DNA of 42,470 bases from Proteromonas lacertae. Its lineage: Eukaryota. Position numbers and translations under genes: made by a program. The DNA lies in NCBI GenBank assembly GCA_002245135.1, contig NGBS01000013.1, positions 124,001 through 166,470 of the forward strand, in the 5' to 3' direction. Within the stretch, counting starts at the first letter, position 1. Each line of letters starts with the position of its first letter. This document shows positions 26,217-38,381 of the stretch, in pieces. Below the pieces are notes generated by a model. That model saw nothing but the letters and a program-made list of their open reading frames with translations. It ran no database searches and was not told the origin of the DNA.

Positions 26217-27737
26217 ATGATTTTTTTTGTTGAAAACTTAGGAGATTTAACTCGTTATGTATTATTTACTGTAGTTATTGGGTATTTAATTCAAGCATGG
26301 TTTAAATCTCGTGGAGATGTCATGAGAGTATTTATAGCTGTAATGTATAATCAATAATATAATATATAAAATAGATATATATTTTTCGCTGCTTATTTAA
26401 TGGTGTTAGCTTCAGCAACAGCATTTTATAGAAATTTAGCTCAAATAGTCACATTGCCTGATGTAGGATTTGAATTAGTACCAAAACTAACTCTGTTACA
26501 TCTTCCATTCGGATTAACAATAACCTATGACAAAATAATAGAAGTATTTTTACCATTTTTAGTGACAATAACAACAATATTTGTTTTGTGTAGAAAAGAC
26601 AGTTTAATTCTATTAAGAAGGATAACAGTGATATGGGGTACATTAATGTATTTACGTACAGTCACTGTAATATGTACATCAGTTCCAGATCCATCTAATA
26701 TCTGTAAAGATATAGATCCATCACTATTAAAAATTTCAAATTTATCATTTTTTGAAATGATGAATAAAATAATGATTGTTATATTACCAATCAGTACAGG
26801 TAATATAACATGTGGAGATATGATATTTAGTGGACATACAACTTTAATTGTATTATGTGGAATGATATGGCATACTTACTTCATCAATGATAAAAAACTA
26901 AATAATATTCATCATCAATTACATAATAATAAATATTACTATAGAATAATTACAAGTATAATTTGGATTATTGTATTTACACTTTTATATATATTAATTG
27001 GTGTTAGAATGCATTATACAATTGATGTGTTATTAGGTATTTATATGACAATAACTTTATGGAATTCATATCATCGTGTAGGAAGAGATGTTCAAATGGG
27101 AATGAAATTCAGTACAATGTGGCTAATAGATGGATTTATTTATCCATTTGTAAAATGGTTAGAAATTGATGATGATGATATATCTAATACATTGTTATAT
27201 AAGAATGATTCTATTAATTCATTTGAATTAATTACCACTATTTGTTCACTTTCACCTGATGTTTTCAAAGAATTTATTAGTAAAATAAATGGAAATACTT
27301 TGATAAGATTACAAAGGGAGATTAAATTATGTAAAGAGAATTATTTGAACGAAAATTTCAAATTGGCGAAGACTGAAGAAATTGTGGAAGATAATAAAGA
27401 AAAATTGACAAAATTGACAAATGAAAAAATGATATTGGAGGAAGAATTAAAAGATAGAAAGTATAAGAATGAGTTGACTGTGAAATTATATGAAGCTAAA
27501 ATAAAGAGGAATGAAAAGATAAAGAATGAGTTGAAGGAGATGTTGAAGAAAGGCAATGTGAAGGAGAGTATAAAATTAGCAAAACAATTGAATCAAAGTG
27601 ATGAGAATAAAGTAGAAAATAAAATTGATGCTAATGAGTTGTTGAATAAGATTGAGATATTGGAGAATGAGATGAAACATATCAAAGAAAGTAGAAATGA
27701 ATTTTTGTTGAAGAAATCTGAAGAAGAACATAAGTAA
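26217..27737 (+). CDS. Sphingomyelin/IPC synthase-family enzyme, paralog 2, with coiled-coil tail
   Basis: LPDVGFELVP, CGDMIFSGHT and RMHYTIDV; intron at about 26346-26374, at an equivalent position to paralog 1. Confidence 0.88.
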
Positions 27738-27944
27738 TTTATTGATTTTTTTTTGATAATTTTAGTTTGTTATGGATAAAGAAAGAGTATATGTGATGTA
27801 AAATAAGATTTTTAAATAATTTGGTGTTTGAAAACTTCATCCCGCCTTTTAAATCATTAGTTTAATAAGGTTAAGAGTATAAATTAGCCTCATTTTTCAT
27901 TCATTTCTTCTTCTTCATATATAGCATATATACACATATAAAAA

Positions 27945-29218
27945 ATGGAAGAAATTGGAATCACTGATTTTGAAGACAAGCAGCAGGAAAAGCAGAATGA
28001 AAACTTGCCATTTGAGATAATTAAAATACAAGTATAGTTATTGCATTTATAAAAATGCCATAGAAATTAATATCATCAGGAAAAATATATGAAGCAGTAA
28101 AAGAGCTTGAAAGACAACACGAATTTATACATTACCAAGAAGAATACTTGAAGGATGAGATAAAGAATTTAAACAGAGAATACATACGTGCTTTAGATGA
28201 AATAAGCCGAATAAAAACCGTACCACTTACAATAGCTCAATTTATGGAAATGGTTGACACAAACTACGGTGTAATAGTCACATCATCTGGTACAAACTAC
28301 TATGTGAGAATATTAAGTACAATTGATCGAGAATTATTGAAACCAAATACAAGTGTCTTAGTTCATAGAACATCTCACGCTGTAGTTGATATTTTACCTG
28401 CTGATGCTGATACAACCATCCATTTAATGGAAGAAAAACCTGATGTAACTTACGAAGAAATAGGTGGATTGGATATACAAAAGCAAGAGATGAGAGAAGC
28501 TGTTGAATTACCATTAACTCAGGCTGATTTGTATAGACAGATTGGTATTGATCCTCCACGTGGTGTATTGATGTATGGACCACCAGGAACTGGTAAGACC
28601 ATGTTAGCTAAGGCTGTGGCTAATGCAACAACTGCATCTTTTATTCAAGTGGTTGCATCAGAATTCGTGCAGAAATATTTAGGTGAAGGACCTAGAATGG
28701 TTAGAGATGTGTTTAAATTAGCAAAACAACGATCGCCTTGTATTATTTTCATAGATGAGATAGATGCCATTGCTACGAAGAGATTTGATGCTCAAACTGG
28801 TGCTGATAGAGAAGTACAACGTGTACTATTAGAATTGTTGAACCAAATGGATGGATTTGACCAAACTACGAATGTGAAGGTTATAATGGCTACTAATAGA
28901 CAAGATACATTGGATCCTGCTATATTAAGACCAGGAAGGTTAGATAGAAAGATAGAATTCCCTAATCCCGATCGAAGGCAAAAACGTTTAGTTTATCAAG
29001 CATGTACTAGTAAAATGAATTTATCTGAAGAAGTAGATTTAGAAGATTTTGTAAATAGGCCAGAAAAGATATCAGCAGCTGAAATTTCTTCAATCTGTCA
29101 AGAAGCCGGTCTACAAGCAGTAAGAAAGAATAGATATGTTATTATTTCAAAAGATTTTGAAAAAGGTTATCAAAAGACAGTCAAGAAAGCTGATACAGAT
29201 TATGAATTTTATAAATAA
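27945..29218 (+). CDS. RPT3: 26S proteasome regulatory AAA-ATPase subunit RPT3 (6B)
   Basis: [43 protein letters not shown] and [14 protein letters not shown], ending YEFYK. Exon 1 is 27945-28031 and the intron is 28032-28063. Confidence 0.97.
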
Positions 29219-29340
29219 GATATTAAAAAAGATATTAATTTCTAAACTTATTTTTTCTGTGTTTAGTTTTACAGATAAGATGTTCAATCATAAGTTTTGA
29301 AGTTTTTGAGGAAAATAAAATGTAACGAATTTCAGTCAAG

Positions 29341-29350
29341 TCAAGCTTGA
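29341..29350. promoter_or_regulatory. Palindromic instance (TCAAGCTTGA) of a recurrent upstream TCAAGC/GCTTGA motif
   Basis: The same hexamer occurs shortly upstream of many start codons in this window: 6943, 9272, 9283, 13938, 17157, 21662, 23250, 24563, 26170 and 34843. Confidence 0.55.
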
Positions 29351-29391
29351 ATGTTGTAATACTTTTTTTTAAAAGATGATATATTAAGAGA

Positions 29392-30637
29392 ATGAAAAAC
29401 AGCTCTCCACCAATAAAACCAGATCATAGCTATGATCTTATAAACCAGTCATCTAAAAATCTTTTTATGCTGCCTAATGTACCATTAACAGATGATTCCC
29501 TCTGTGACTTAAAAGATGTTGAAAGATGTGAGACATTTAGCTTAGCAGCAAATGTAAAAATAACACCAATAAAAACCTCAAAAATTACAAATCCTCAAAG
29601 AAGTTTTTGTCAAACACCTGGTCTTCTTACTCCCACAAAGTCATGTTGTTCATCAAATTATAGCTCAATGACCCGTCATTCTAGAGTAAGTACTGTTTTA
29701 TTAAGTATGGGTTGTAGAAGGTCATTTGCTAAGGCTTCACAACAATTAAGTTCAGGTATACGTACTGCTAAAAGTTCTAATCCTAAAATTGATGCTATTA
29801 TTAAAATTCAAAAAATCTGTCGTCATCATTTAGTAATGACTAAATTCCGACAATATGAGAGATATAGAGAAGAAAGTCGAATTATAACCCATCAAGAGTG
29901 TAGAAATAGATTAACAGATTTAAATGAGTTATTTCAAGAGCCATCTCTACAATCATATAGACAAAGGCAAGTAGATAAAGCCAAAAAAGAAATAATGAAC
30001 TGCGGAGATCTAATTCGAGAAAAGAAATTGACAGAAACTGATGAATATAGTTTATTAAAAGAACTAATCAGTTGTTTTTCACTCTCTTCGTGTGAGAATA
30101 TATTTATAGAAGATATTATCTTGTTAATTATTACAATTTTGAGATTACCAGTTACAGTGGGAGAATTGGCAAATGATAAGGATGAGGTAAGGTGTATTAC
30201 TGTATTGTATAAAGGTAAACATCCAATTGTACACTTGGATGACTTTTATAAATGGATTTGTGAATGTATTTATTATTATTATTATTATTATAGTTCGTAA
30301 ACACAAGCCATCTCCATTTGGCAAATTATACCAAAAGTTTTTATTCTTTTTACATGAAGATATTCCAATTGATTTTATTATGTATGTATAATAGTATGTT
30401 TATTATTATTATTATAGTAATTATATGCAGTTGAAACAAAACCTATATGATATAGCAATCACACTAATGAATTATGATAAGAAAAATCCTCCTTTGTTCA
30501 AATGTAAAGTATGTGAAAATTACTCTAATTGTTTTCCTCTTCCAGTGGCAAGACATATAGTGAGGTGTAAAGTAGAATCGACAAAGAAGAAAAAGAAACA
30601 GATTAATTTTGTTAAATCAAAAAACAATTTCTTATAA
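29392..30637 (+). CDS. Uncharacterised protein with an IQ-like motif and a C-terminal Zn-finger-like motif
   Basis: AIIKIQKICRHHL (IQ-like) and FKCKVC...ARHIVRC. Two short introns near 30266-30293 and 30382-30417 link ORFs 29392 and 30425. Confidence 0.6.
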
Positions 30638-30876
30638 TAATAATAATAATAATAATAGTGGAGATGAATGTGTTATTTCTCTCTCTTTCTTCCAGTATTA
30701 TATATGTATATTTTATGGATTAGTCATTTAATTGTTATTATTTTAGATCATTATGTTTGTTTTTAATTATTTTATCTATCACTCTCTCTATTTATATATT
30801 TTACCCTTTCTAAAGCAACAAAAAAACAAATTTAAAAATGCCTCCCGATATATTTCATTTGTTGTTTAAACACTAT

Positions 30877-31508
30877 TTAATTCTTTAATGGAAATTGGAA
30901 TGAAACATCACGTTGTGTTAATTTCTTATATAAAACTGAGAATGTTTCTAATTTAGTTTCTACAACGGTTTGTTCTGATGGATCTAAATAAACTTTTAAT
31001 AATTTGCTTCCATCAGTTCCATATCTAGTTCTCTTACCAACGATTTCAGTTGGGAATACTAAATCTTCTAAAATAGCTTCATGAACATTGGTGATTGTTC
31101 TACTTCTTGGTAATGGACCATGGTTCTTTGTTCTCTTCCATGCCTTACCTAAGATGGTTCTTTGGGCAACAATAACAACATGATGATCACTAGTAAATAT
31201 TATTATATTAATTTAAATACGCGAATTTCTTTTCTAATTCTCTTACTAAAGTCTTTTGGATTTTGTGGAATGCTTTTAATAATGGGCATGGTACGAAAAG
31301 AATGATAGCTTTTTGTCCTCCAGCAATATCTTGTTCTTTAGCACTTACAATGTGTAATTTTGATAACTCTTCTTTGATTTCAGAGTTTCCATCCTATTTA
31401 AATTAACTAATTTCAATAAATACTTGGAATAGCTTGGATTTCTTGAGCTACTTTTAATTCAAAAGCATCTGGTTCTTGTTTTCCTGGTTTTACTATTTTT
31501 GAAGACAT
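30877..31508 (-). CDS. RPS7: 40S ribosomal protein S7 (eS7); missed by the ORF track; apparent +1 indel near 31426
   Basis: [22 protein letters not shown]...[16 protein letters not shown]...[40 protein letters not shown]...[14 protein letters not shown]. Introns at 31394-31423 and about 31190-31220. Confidence 0.95.
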
Positions 31509-32045
31509 TTCAAACTATTAAATATAAATAAATAAGAATGAGATTGAATAATGAGTTAATAATAGAACTAAAAAGTCCAGTGGATGGAATAATATAACAT
31601 AAAAACAAAACGTTAGTATTTAGATTGAAGTATTGAGAGAGAAGGTAATATATGATAAATACATATTAGTGGGAGGGATGCAAAATATTTGTATTAATGC
31701 CTATTAGATTGAATGATCAATTGATGTTTATTTCTTTACCCCTTAAAGCTTGTTCAATCAAACTTTTCGTTCTTTTTTAATTTCTTCTTTATCTCATAAA
31801 CTACTAGATTGTGGAATTAAATAAAATTACACTTGCTATATATTGATTATTGTGAATAGATTGAGTTGGTTATTTTTGTTTTTAATTCAATTCTTGAATA
31901 TCGATTTTGAAAATAAATTGGTTTTTACACTTTGATTGAATAAAACAACATTAAGAAGGAATGTTTTCGATTGATATAACAAATAATTATCATTATCGAT
32001 TATATGGTGTACCAAAATTTTCAATAGAAACAGTTTTTTATAGAA

Positions 32046-34722
32046 ATGGAAGAAACTGGTAGAGAGACAGAAGATTATTACAAAATAATCAATGAATTGA
32101 AAGAAGAAAATAGACAACTTAAAACTAAAGTATAATACTGACTATAGTGTGATAGATTGAAAATCAAGCCTTTCTTCTCAAGAAGACAGAACAGAAATTG
32201 AAGAATGCTAGTAATGGAGGAAGAAAATCCACAGCAAGCGCAAAGAAATCTATAATAGGAAGTGAAGGAGGTGATAAAAGTAGAAGGACTGATGAAAACC
32301 AACAATTAAAGTATTAAATAATGAACTAATATGTAGTAAAACAATATTAAAGTTGAAAGAAGAAAATGAGCATTTACAAAGTTATGCAAAGAAACTAGAG
32401 AATGAACAATTGGATTTAAAAGACTCAGTAACACAACATCTAACAGAATTGGCTGAAGAGAAAAGAAAAGTAGTAGAATTAAATGAAAAAATAACCAGAA
32501 ACGAATTAGACTTGAAAATCCAAAAATCAACAATAGATGAAAAGGATCAACAAATCAAAAAGCTTGAAGATGACTTGTTTAAAAGTAGTAAAACTGTATT
32601 AATGGATTATAACCCAGAAAATGAAGAAGAAAAGACAATATATGAAAAAACAATAAAAAATATGAAAATTCAAATGATGAGTAGCAATAGTGATAATTAT
32701 AATATAATAAATGAATTACAGACTGAATTATATATGACAAAATTGACATTAAATAAACAAAAATTAGAGTATATATTGTTATATATAATTTCATTTTATT
32801 TTATATTTAGTTATGAAGAGGAAATTCAAAATTGTTTATTATCATTAGAAATACAAAAGACAGAAAATGAAAAGAAATATGAAGATTTAAAGAATGAATA
32901 TTTGGATTTTAAGAATAAAGAAAATAAAAATAAAGAAATTCTATTGGAGGAACAAAATATAATAATCAAATCATTACAATCTCAGTTTGATTTGTATAGA
33001 AATACAGCAGAATATTTATTTCAAAAAGAAATATCTCGTTTAAAGGAAATAATCAAAAATCAAATGATTAAATATGAGTTAGAAATAACAAAGTTATGTA
33101 ATATGAAAGAATACCATTATGAACAGATAATATCGAGTAAAGATAGTAAAATAATGAATTTAATTGACGGAACAGATATTCAAGTATATATATTAATAAT
33201 TAATTTTAATCATATAGAGTTTAATATTGAAATATGAAAGTGAAATAAATGATATAAAAAAGAGTTGTAGAGAAGAGACGAATAGAATAGTGGATAATTT
33301 ACAACGTTCTCAAAGTGAAGAAATTTCTAGATTAAATAATGATATATTCAGCCAACAGGAAATAATAGAAAATTTAAAAGAAAACATACAAAGTTTAAAT
33401 GTATTTATATATTTATTTAATCTATAAATAGAATGTACAATATAATTTAAATAATCAAATCAAAAGAAAAGATCAAACTATTCACAAGCTTGAAGATCAA
33501 TTATCTCATGAAAGAGAAACATTAACATCCAAAATCAACGAACAGTCTAAGAATATAAATAATTTAGAGATAAAAATACATCATTTAAAACATTTATTAT
33601 TACAATATAAATTAAATGAAAAAGGTGAAACAGATGAATCTTTAAAGATGTTAACAAAATATTTGAATAATGAAATGATAAAGTTGAATGATGATTATAA
33701 TATATTAGTTGATAATCATAAATATAATGAATATGAAAGAAACGAACTGATGAGATCTAATCGATTTTTAGAATCTCAAAATGAAAAATTGAAAAATGTA
33801 TATTACATATAATAATATCTTAAAAATAGGCTTTAGAATCTCAAACAAGAGAATTTAACAATCTAAACAAAACTTTGAAAAGTGTAATACAACATCGAGT
33901 TAATACATTAAATACAATCAATGACAATGAAAAAAGTAAAAGAATATTATCATTCGAAAAAGATCAAATAAAACCAATTTATCATGGAAGTGGAATTGGA
34001 ATACCCAAAGCCCTTGAAACGATAAGAGTATTACTAATAATAATATTTATATAATGTATAGAGATATACCAAATCTCCAATTCCTACTCCCATTAATAAA
34101 CCTATTAATACAAACATTAGAAGTATAAACTCTTTATTATCCAATAATGATTCTTATCTTAATACAGAACAACAATATAATCCTTCTCCACAACCCCAAC
34201 CTCCAAAATCATCTTCTTCACATATTTCTGCTGCTATTACAACTACAAATAGAAATAAAATATTGAAAAATAAAGTAATTAGATTCAAAGAACCAAAGAA
34301 AGTATAATATGATATGAATATTAATAATAATAAATTAGATGAAAGAAAGAAAAGAAGAAAATGAAAGTGAAGTAATAGATAGTAAAACAATCGAAATATT
34401 AGAAAAAGGATTAATTTCAATAAAACATTTTAACAATATAAGTAAAGCGTATTCGAATGGTAATTATGATTTGAAGAAAGATAGAGAAGGTAATTTAAAT
34501 AGAGTAGTATTAAATAATGAAATTAATGATAATGATTTTTTGAACAGTTCAGGAAAAGTTAATACGATGAATAATAATAATAGTGATGATAATGAAAGTG
34601 AAGAAAATGAAAATAGAAAGATATTTGATAATAATAAGAGTATAGATATTTTAAAGAATGGTCGAAATAATGTTAGTAATGAAATTAAAGAAAACTCAAA
34701 TTTGAGAGCTTTATCAGTTTAA
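32046..34722 (+). CDS. Large multi-exon coiled-coil protein, uncharacterised
   Basis: ATG at 32046. Successive short GT-AG introns link ORFs 32353, 33227 and 34339. Heptad-rich E/K/L sequence. Confidence 0.7.
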
Positions 34723-34876
34723 TATTTATTATGTTATGTTTTTTGTACGGATTATCTTAATTGATCATAATTTTTAATAGTAATTTTCACAGTTTATGTA
34801 AATATGAAGTATTTACATAAAAAAACATTAAAAAAATATTTGGCTTGATTGATTTTGAGATTAAAATTTCTTAAGA

Positions 34877-37800
34877 ATGGAAGAATTTGAAAGTATAAGT
34901 GATGAATATTCTGTATATTTTACTGTTGTTTTATATGAAATAGTTGATAAGAGTGATAAAGAAGAGTGATTTAAGTGTTTTGTTGGAAGTTAAAGAAAAG
35001 AATAGTAATGATATAAAATATGTGAAGATATATAACAGAGATAAAATGAATTTGAGGTGTTTGGATCGTTTTGTTGAATCACTAGAGAAATCGAGTAATT
35101 TGAGAGTGAGCAATGTATTGATATATGATAAATACATAATTACCGAAAAATATGTGATATTGATAATGAAGAAATATGAGAGTAACTTAGAAGAGTTAAT
35201 GTTTAAGAAAGAGTTAAAAGAGATAGAAATCAATGAGATAATGTTAAAATTGATAAAAGGGATAAAGACATTGGAAGAAAATGGTATGATATATAACAAT
35301 ATCAAGCTGAATAATATGTTGTTGAATGAAGAAGGAGATATAATAATAGTTGATAATTTAAAATATTTGTTATTGAAAGACAGATTAAATGATATAAAAA
35401 GAGATATGGATGAGATAATATATTTAAGTCCAGAAATATTGAAAGATGAAGAAATGAATGTTGCAAGTGATATATGGAATATAGGAATAATCTATTATAG
35501 ATTATTAAGAAAAGAAATTCCATTTAAAACCAATTCAATATCTGATTTAATAGAATCCATAACAGAATTTAAATATGAAAATAATGATAAACTAAACGAA
35601 AGATACAATAATATATTATCAAGATCACTAACAGTGGAAAAGTATAATCGAATGACAATAGAAGAATTAATATTCAGAATTAGAGTTAATGTTATTATTG
35701 AATTATTGAAGAATAAAGAAAAAGAAAAAGCGAATGAAATGATGGTAGAAATGAGAGAAAACAATTCACAAAAAGAAAACTGTGAAATGAATGAGATAAT
35801 AGGAGATTATTATTATGAAAATGTATATTGTTATATATGATGAAATGAATAGAAAGAATACAGAGAAACAATTCCATATTACGAAAATGGATTAGAATAT
35901 GCTATAACAAATGATCATAAAAAATATTGTTATAATAGTTTAGGATATTGTTATTTTAAATTAGTATTTATAGATTGATATATAGTGTAGAATGAATATC
36001 AAAAATCAATTCAATATTATAAAAAAGCTTTACTATTTTCTACATTAAATGAAGAAAAAGAAATAAATAATCATGGTATAGGAAAATGTTATTATAAAAT
36101 TGTATATATATAATAATTATTCATTAGCATCGTTATATGGAAGCAATTATATATTATAAAATTGCATTAGAATATTCATCAAGAAATAAAGATAAAGAAT
36201 ATAATAATAGAATGATAGGCAAATGTTATTACTATTCAGTATGTTAATCATTGTAATAATAAATAGAAAGAATATAGAGAAACAATTCCTTACTTAGAAA
36301 GTGGCTTAGAATATTCATCTTCAAATAAAAATAAAGCATGTAATAATAATGGATTAGGTTGTTGTTATTTTTTATTAGTATATTTATTATTGTAATAATA
36401 AATAGAAAGAATATAGAGAAGCAATTCCTTACTTAGAAAGTGCCTTAGAATATTCATCTTCAAATGAAGAAAAAGAATATAATAATAATGGATTAGGTTG
36501 TTGTTATTTTTTATTAGTATATTTATTATTGTAATATTAAGTAGAAAGAATATAGAGAAACAATTCCTTACTTAGAAAGTGCCTTAGAATATTCATCTTC
36601 AAATAAAAATAAAGCATGTAATAATAATGGATTAGGTTGTTGTTATTTTTTATTAGTATATTTATTATTGTAATAATAAATAGAAAGAATATAGAGAAGC
36701 AATTCCTTACTTAGAAAGTGCCTTAGAATATTCATCTTCAAATGAAGAAAAAGAATATAATAATAATGGATTAGGTTGTTGTTATTTTTTATTAGTATAT
36801 TTATTATTGTAATAATAAATAGAAAGAATATAGAGAAGCAATTCCTTACTTAGAAAGTGCCTTAGAATATTCATCTTCAAATAAAAATAAAGCATGTAAT
36901 AATAATGGATTAGGTTGTTGTTATTTTTTATTAGTATATTTATTATTGTAATAATAAATAGAAAGAATATAGAGAAGCAATTCCTTACTTAGAAAGTGCC
37001 TTAGAATATTCATCTTCAAATGAAGAAAAAGAATATAATAATAATGGATTAGGTTGTTGTTATTTTTTATTAGTATATTTATTATTGTAATATTAAGTAG
37101 AAAGAATATAGAGAAGCAATTCCTTACTTTGAAAGTGCCTTAGAATATTCATCAACAAATGAAGAAAAAGAATATAATAATAATGGATTAGGTTGTTGTT
37201 ATTTTTTATTAGTATATTTATTATTGTAATAATAAATAGAAAGAATATAGAGAAGCAATTCCTTACTTAGAAAGTGCCTTAGAATATTCATCTTCAAATG
37301 AAGAAAAAGCATGTAATAATAATGGATTAGGTCGTTGTTATTTTTTATTAGTATATTTATTATTGTAATAATAAATAGAAAGAATATAGAGAAGCAATTC
37401 CTTACTTAGAAAGTGCCTTAGAATATTCATCAACAAATGAAAAAATACATATATATAACCGAAATCTTGGTAATTGTTATTTTGATTTAGTATATTTATT
37501 ATTGTAATAATTAACTAGAAAGAATATGAAGAAGCATTGAAATATTATAGTACTTCATTAGATTATTTAGAAAATGAAAAAGATAAAAATCTAGTAAAGG
37601 TAGATATAGCAGAATGTTATTTAGAATTAGGAAATAAAGAAAAGACAATTTCATATTTGAATGAAGTAAAAGATGAATTATGTGATGATGAAACAAAATA
37701 TTGGTATAATAAAGTAATGGGAAAATATTATCTTCAAATTGTATTATTTGATAATTGATATATGATATAAATAGAAAGAAAAAGAAAAGAGTAAAGAATA

Positions 37801-37900
37801 TTTAGAAGAATCACTCAAATATGTAGATAGTCAAAGAAATGATGATGAAAAGAAAGAAGAAATAAACAAATTATTAGAAGAATTAAACAAAATGAATTAG
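34877..37900 (+). CDS. Pseudokinase-TPR protein, copy B (~864 aa, 16 exons, 12 modular 111-nt TPR exons)
   Basis: Colinear with copy A at offset 17686 before the array and 18103 after it; the difference is 417 = 3 x 139. 111-nt exons start at 35853, 35991, 36128, 36267, 36406, 36545, 36684, 36823, 36962, 37101, 37240 and 37379. TAG at 37898-37900. Confidence 0.9.
35853..37518 (+). repeat. Exon-intron tandem array, ~139-bp unit, 12 units, 9 highly similar
   Basis: Exact 139-bp periodicity from 36267 to 37379. Confidence 0.97.
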
Positions 37901-38366
37901 TGATTTTCTTATTTCTTTTTCTTTTTTCAAAATTTTGATAAAACCAATAATATAAAAATAGTGTTGTATTTTTCGGTCAAAAAATATAGGTTTACATATA
38001 GGTCAAAACCTATATCTTTAGCTTGACCTTTACCTTCCTTATACTAATTATTAGTTGACCTCCTATTGAACATGAGTTAAGAAGCATATAATCTAACCAT
38101 ATATACAAAATTAATGTTTTATACATCATCTTTCAAATATCAAATTTGACCTTCGGTCGATGCACTTTTTATATTACTATTATTATATATTATAGAGGAT
38201 ATGAGTCAACAGGAATTTTAGTGTTCCTATACCCAAAATATCCAGTTCTGTTGAATAATTTTGCGGAAAAGTTCTACATCATAATCAGTATAGCTGTACA
38301 AATCTATAGTTTTTCTCTACAGTAGCAAAGCCCCGTGGTAGAACAGCTCACTACATCTATAAGTCA

Positions 38367-38381
38367 CTAACCCTAACCCTA
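38367..38381 (+). repeat. Interstitial telomere-like repeat, 2.5 x CCCTAA
   Basis: CTAACCCTAACCCTA in non-coding, otherwise very C-poor DNA. Confidence 0.6.

Noticed and set aside
31516..31610. snoRNA in a putative 5'-UTR intron of RPS7
   Set aside because: No convincing C/D or H/ACA boxes were found, and the intron itself is unverified.
17145..37900. The two direct copies as LTRs or ends of a composite transposon
   Set aside because: The copies are intron-containing protein genes, the interval holds ordinary housekeeping genes, and no RT, integrase, transposase or target-site duplication is visible.
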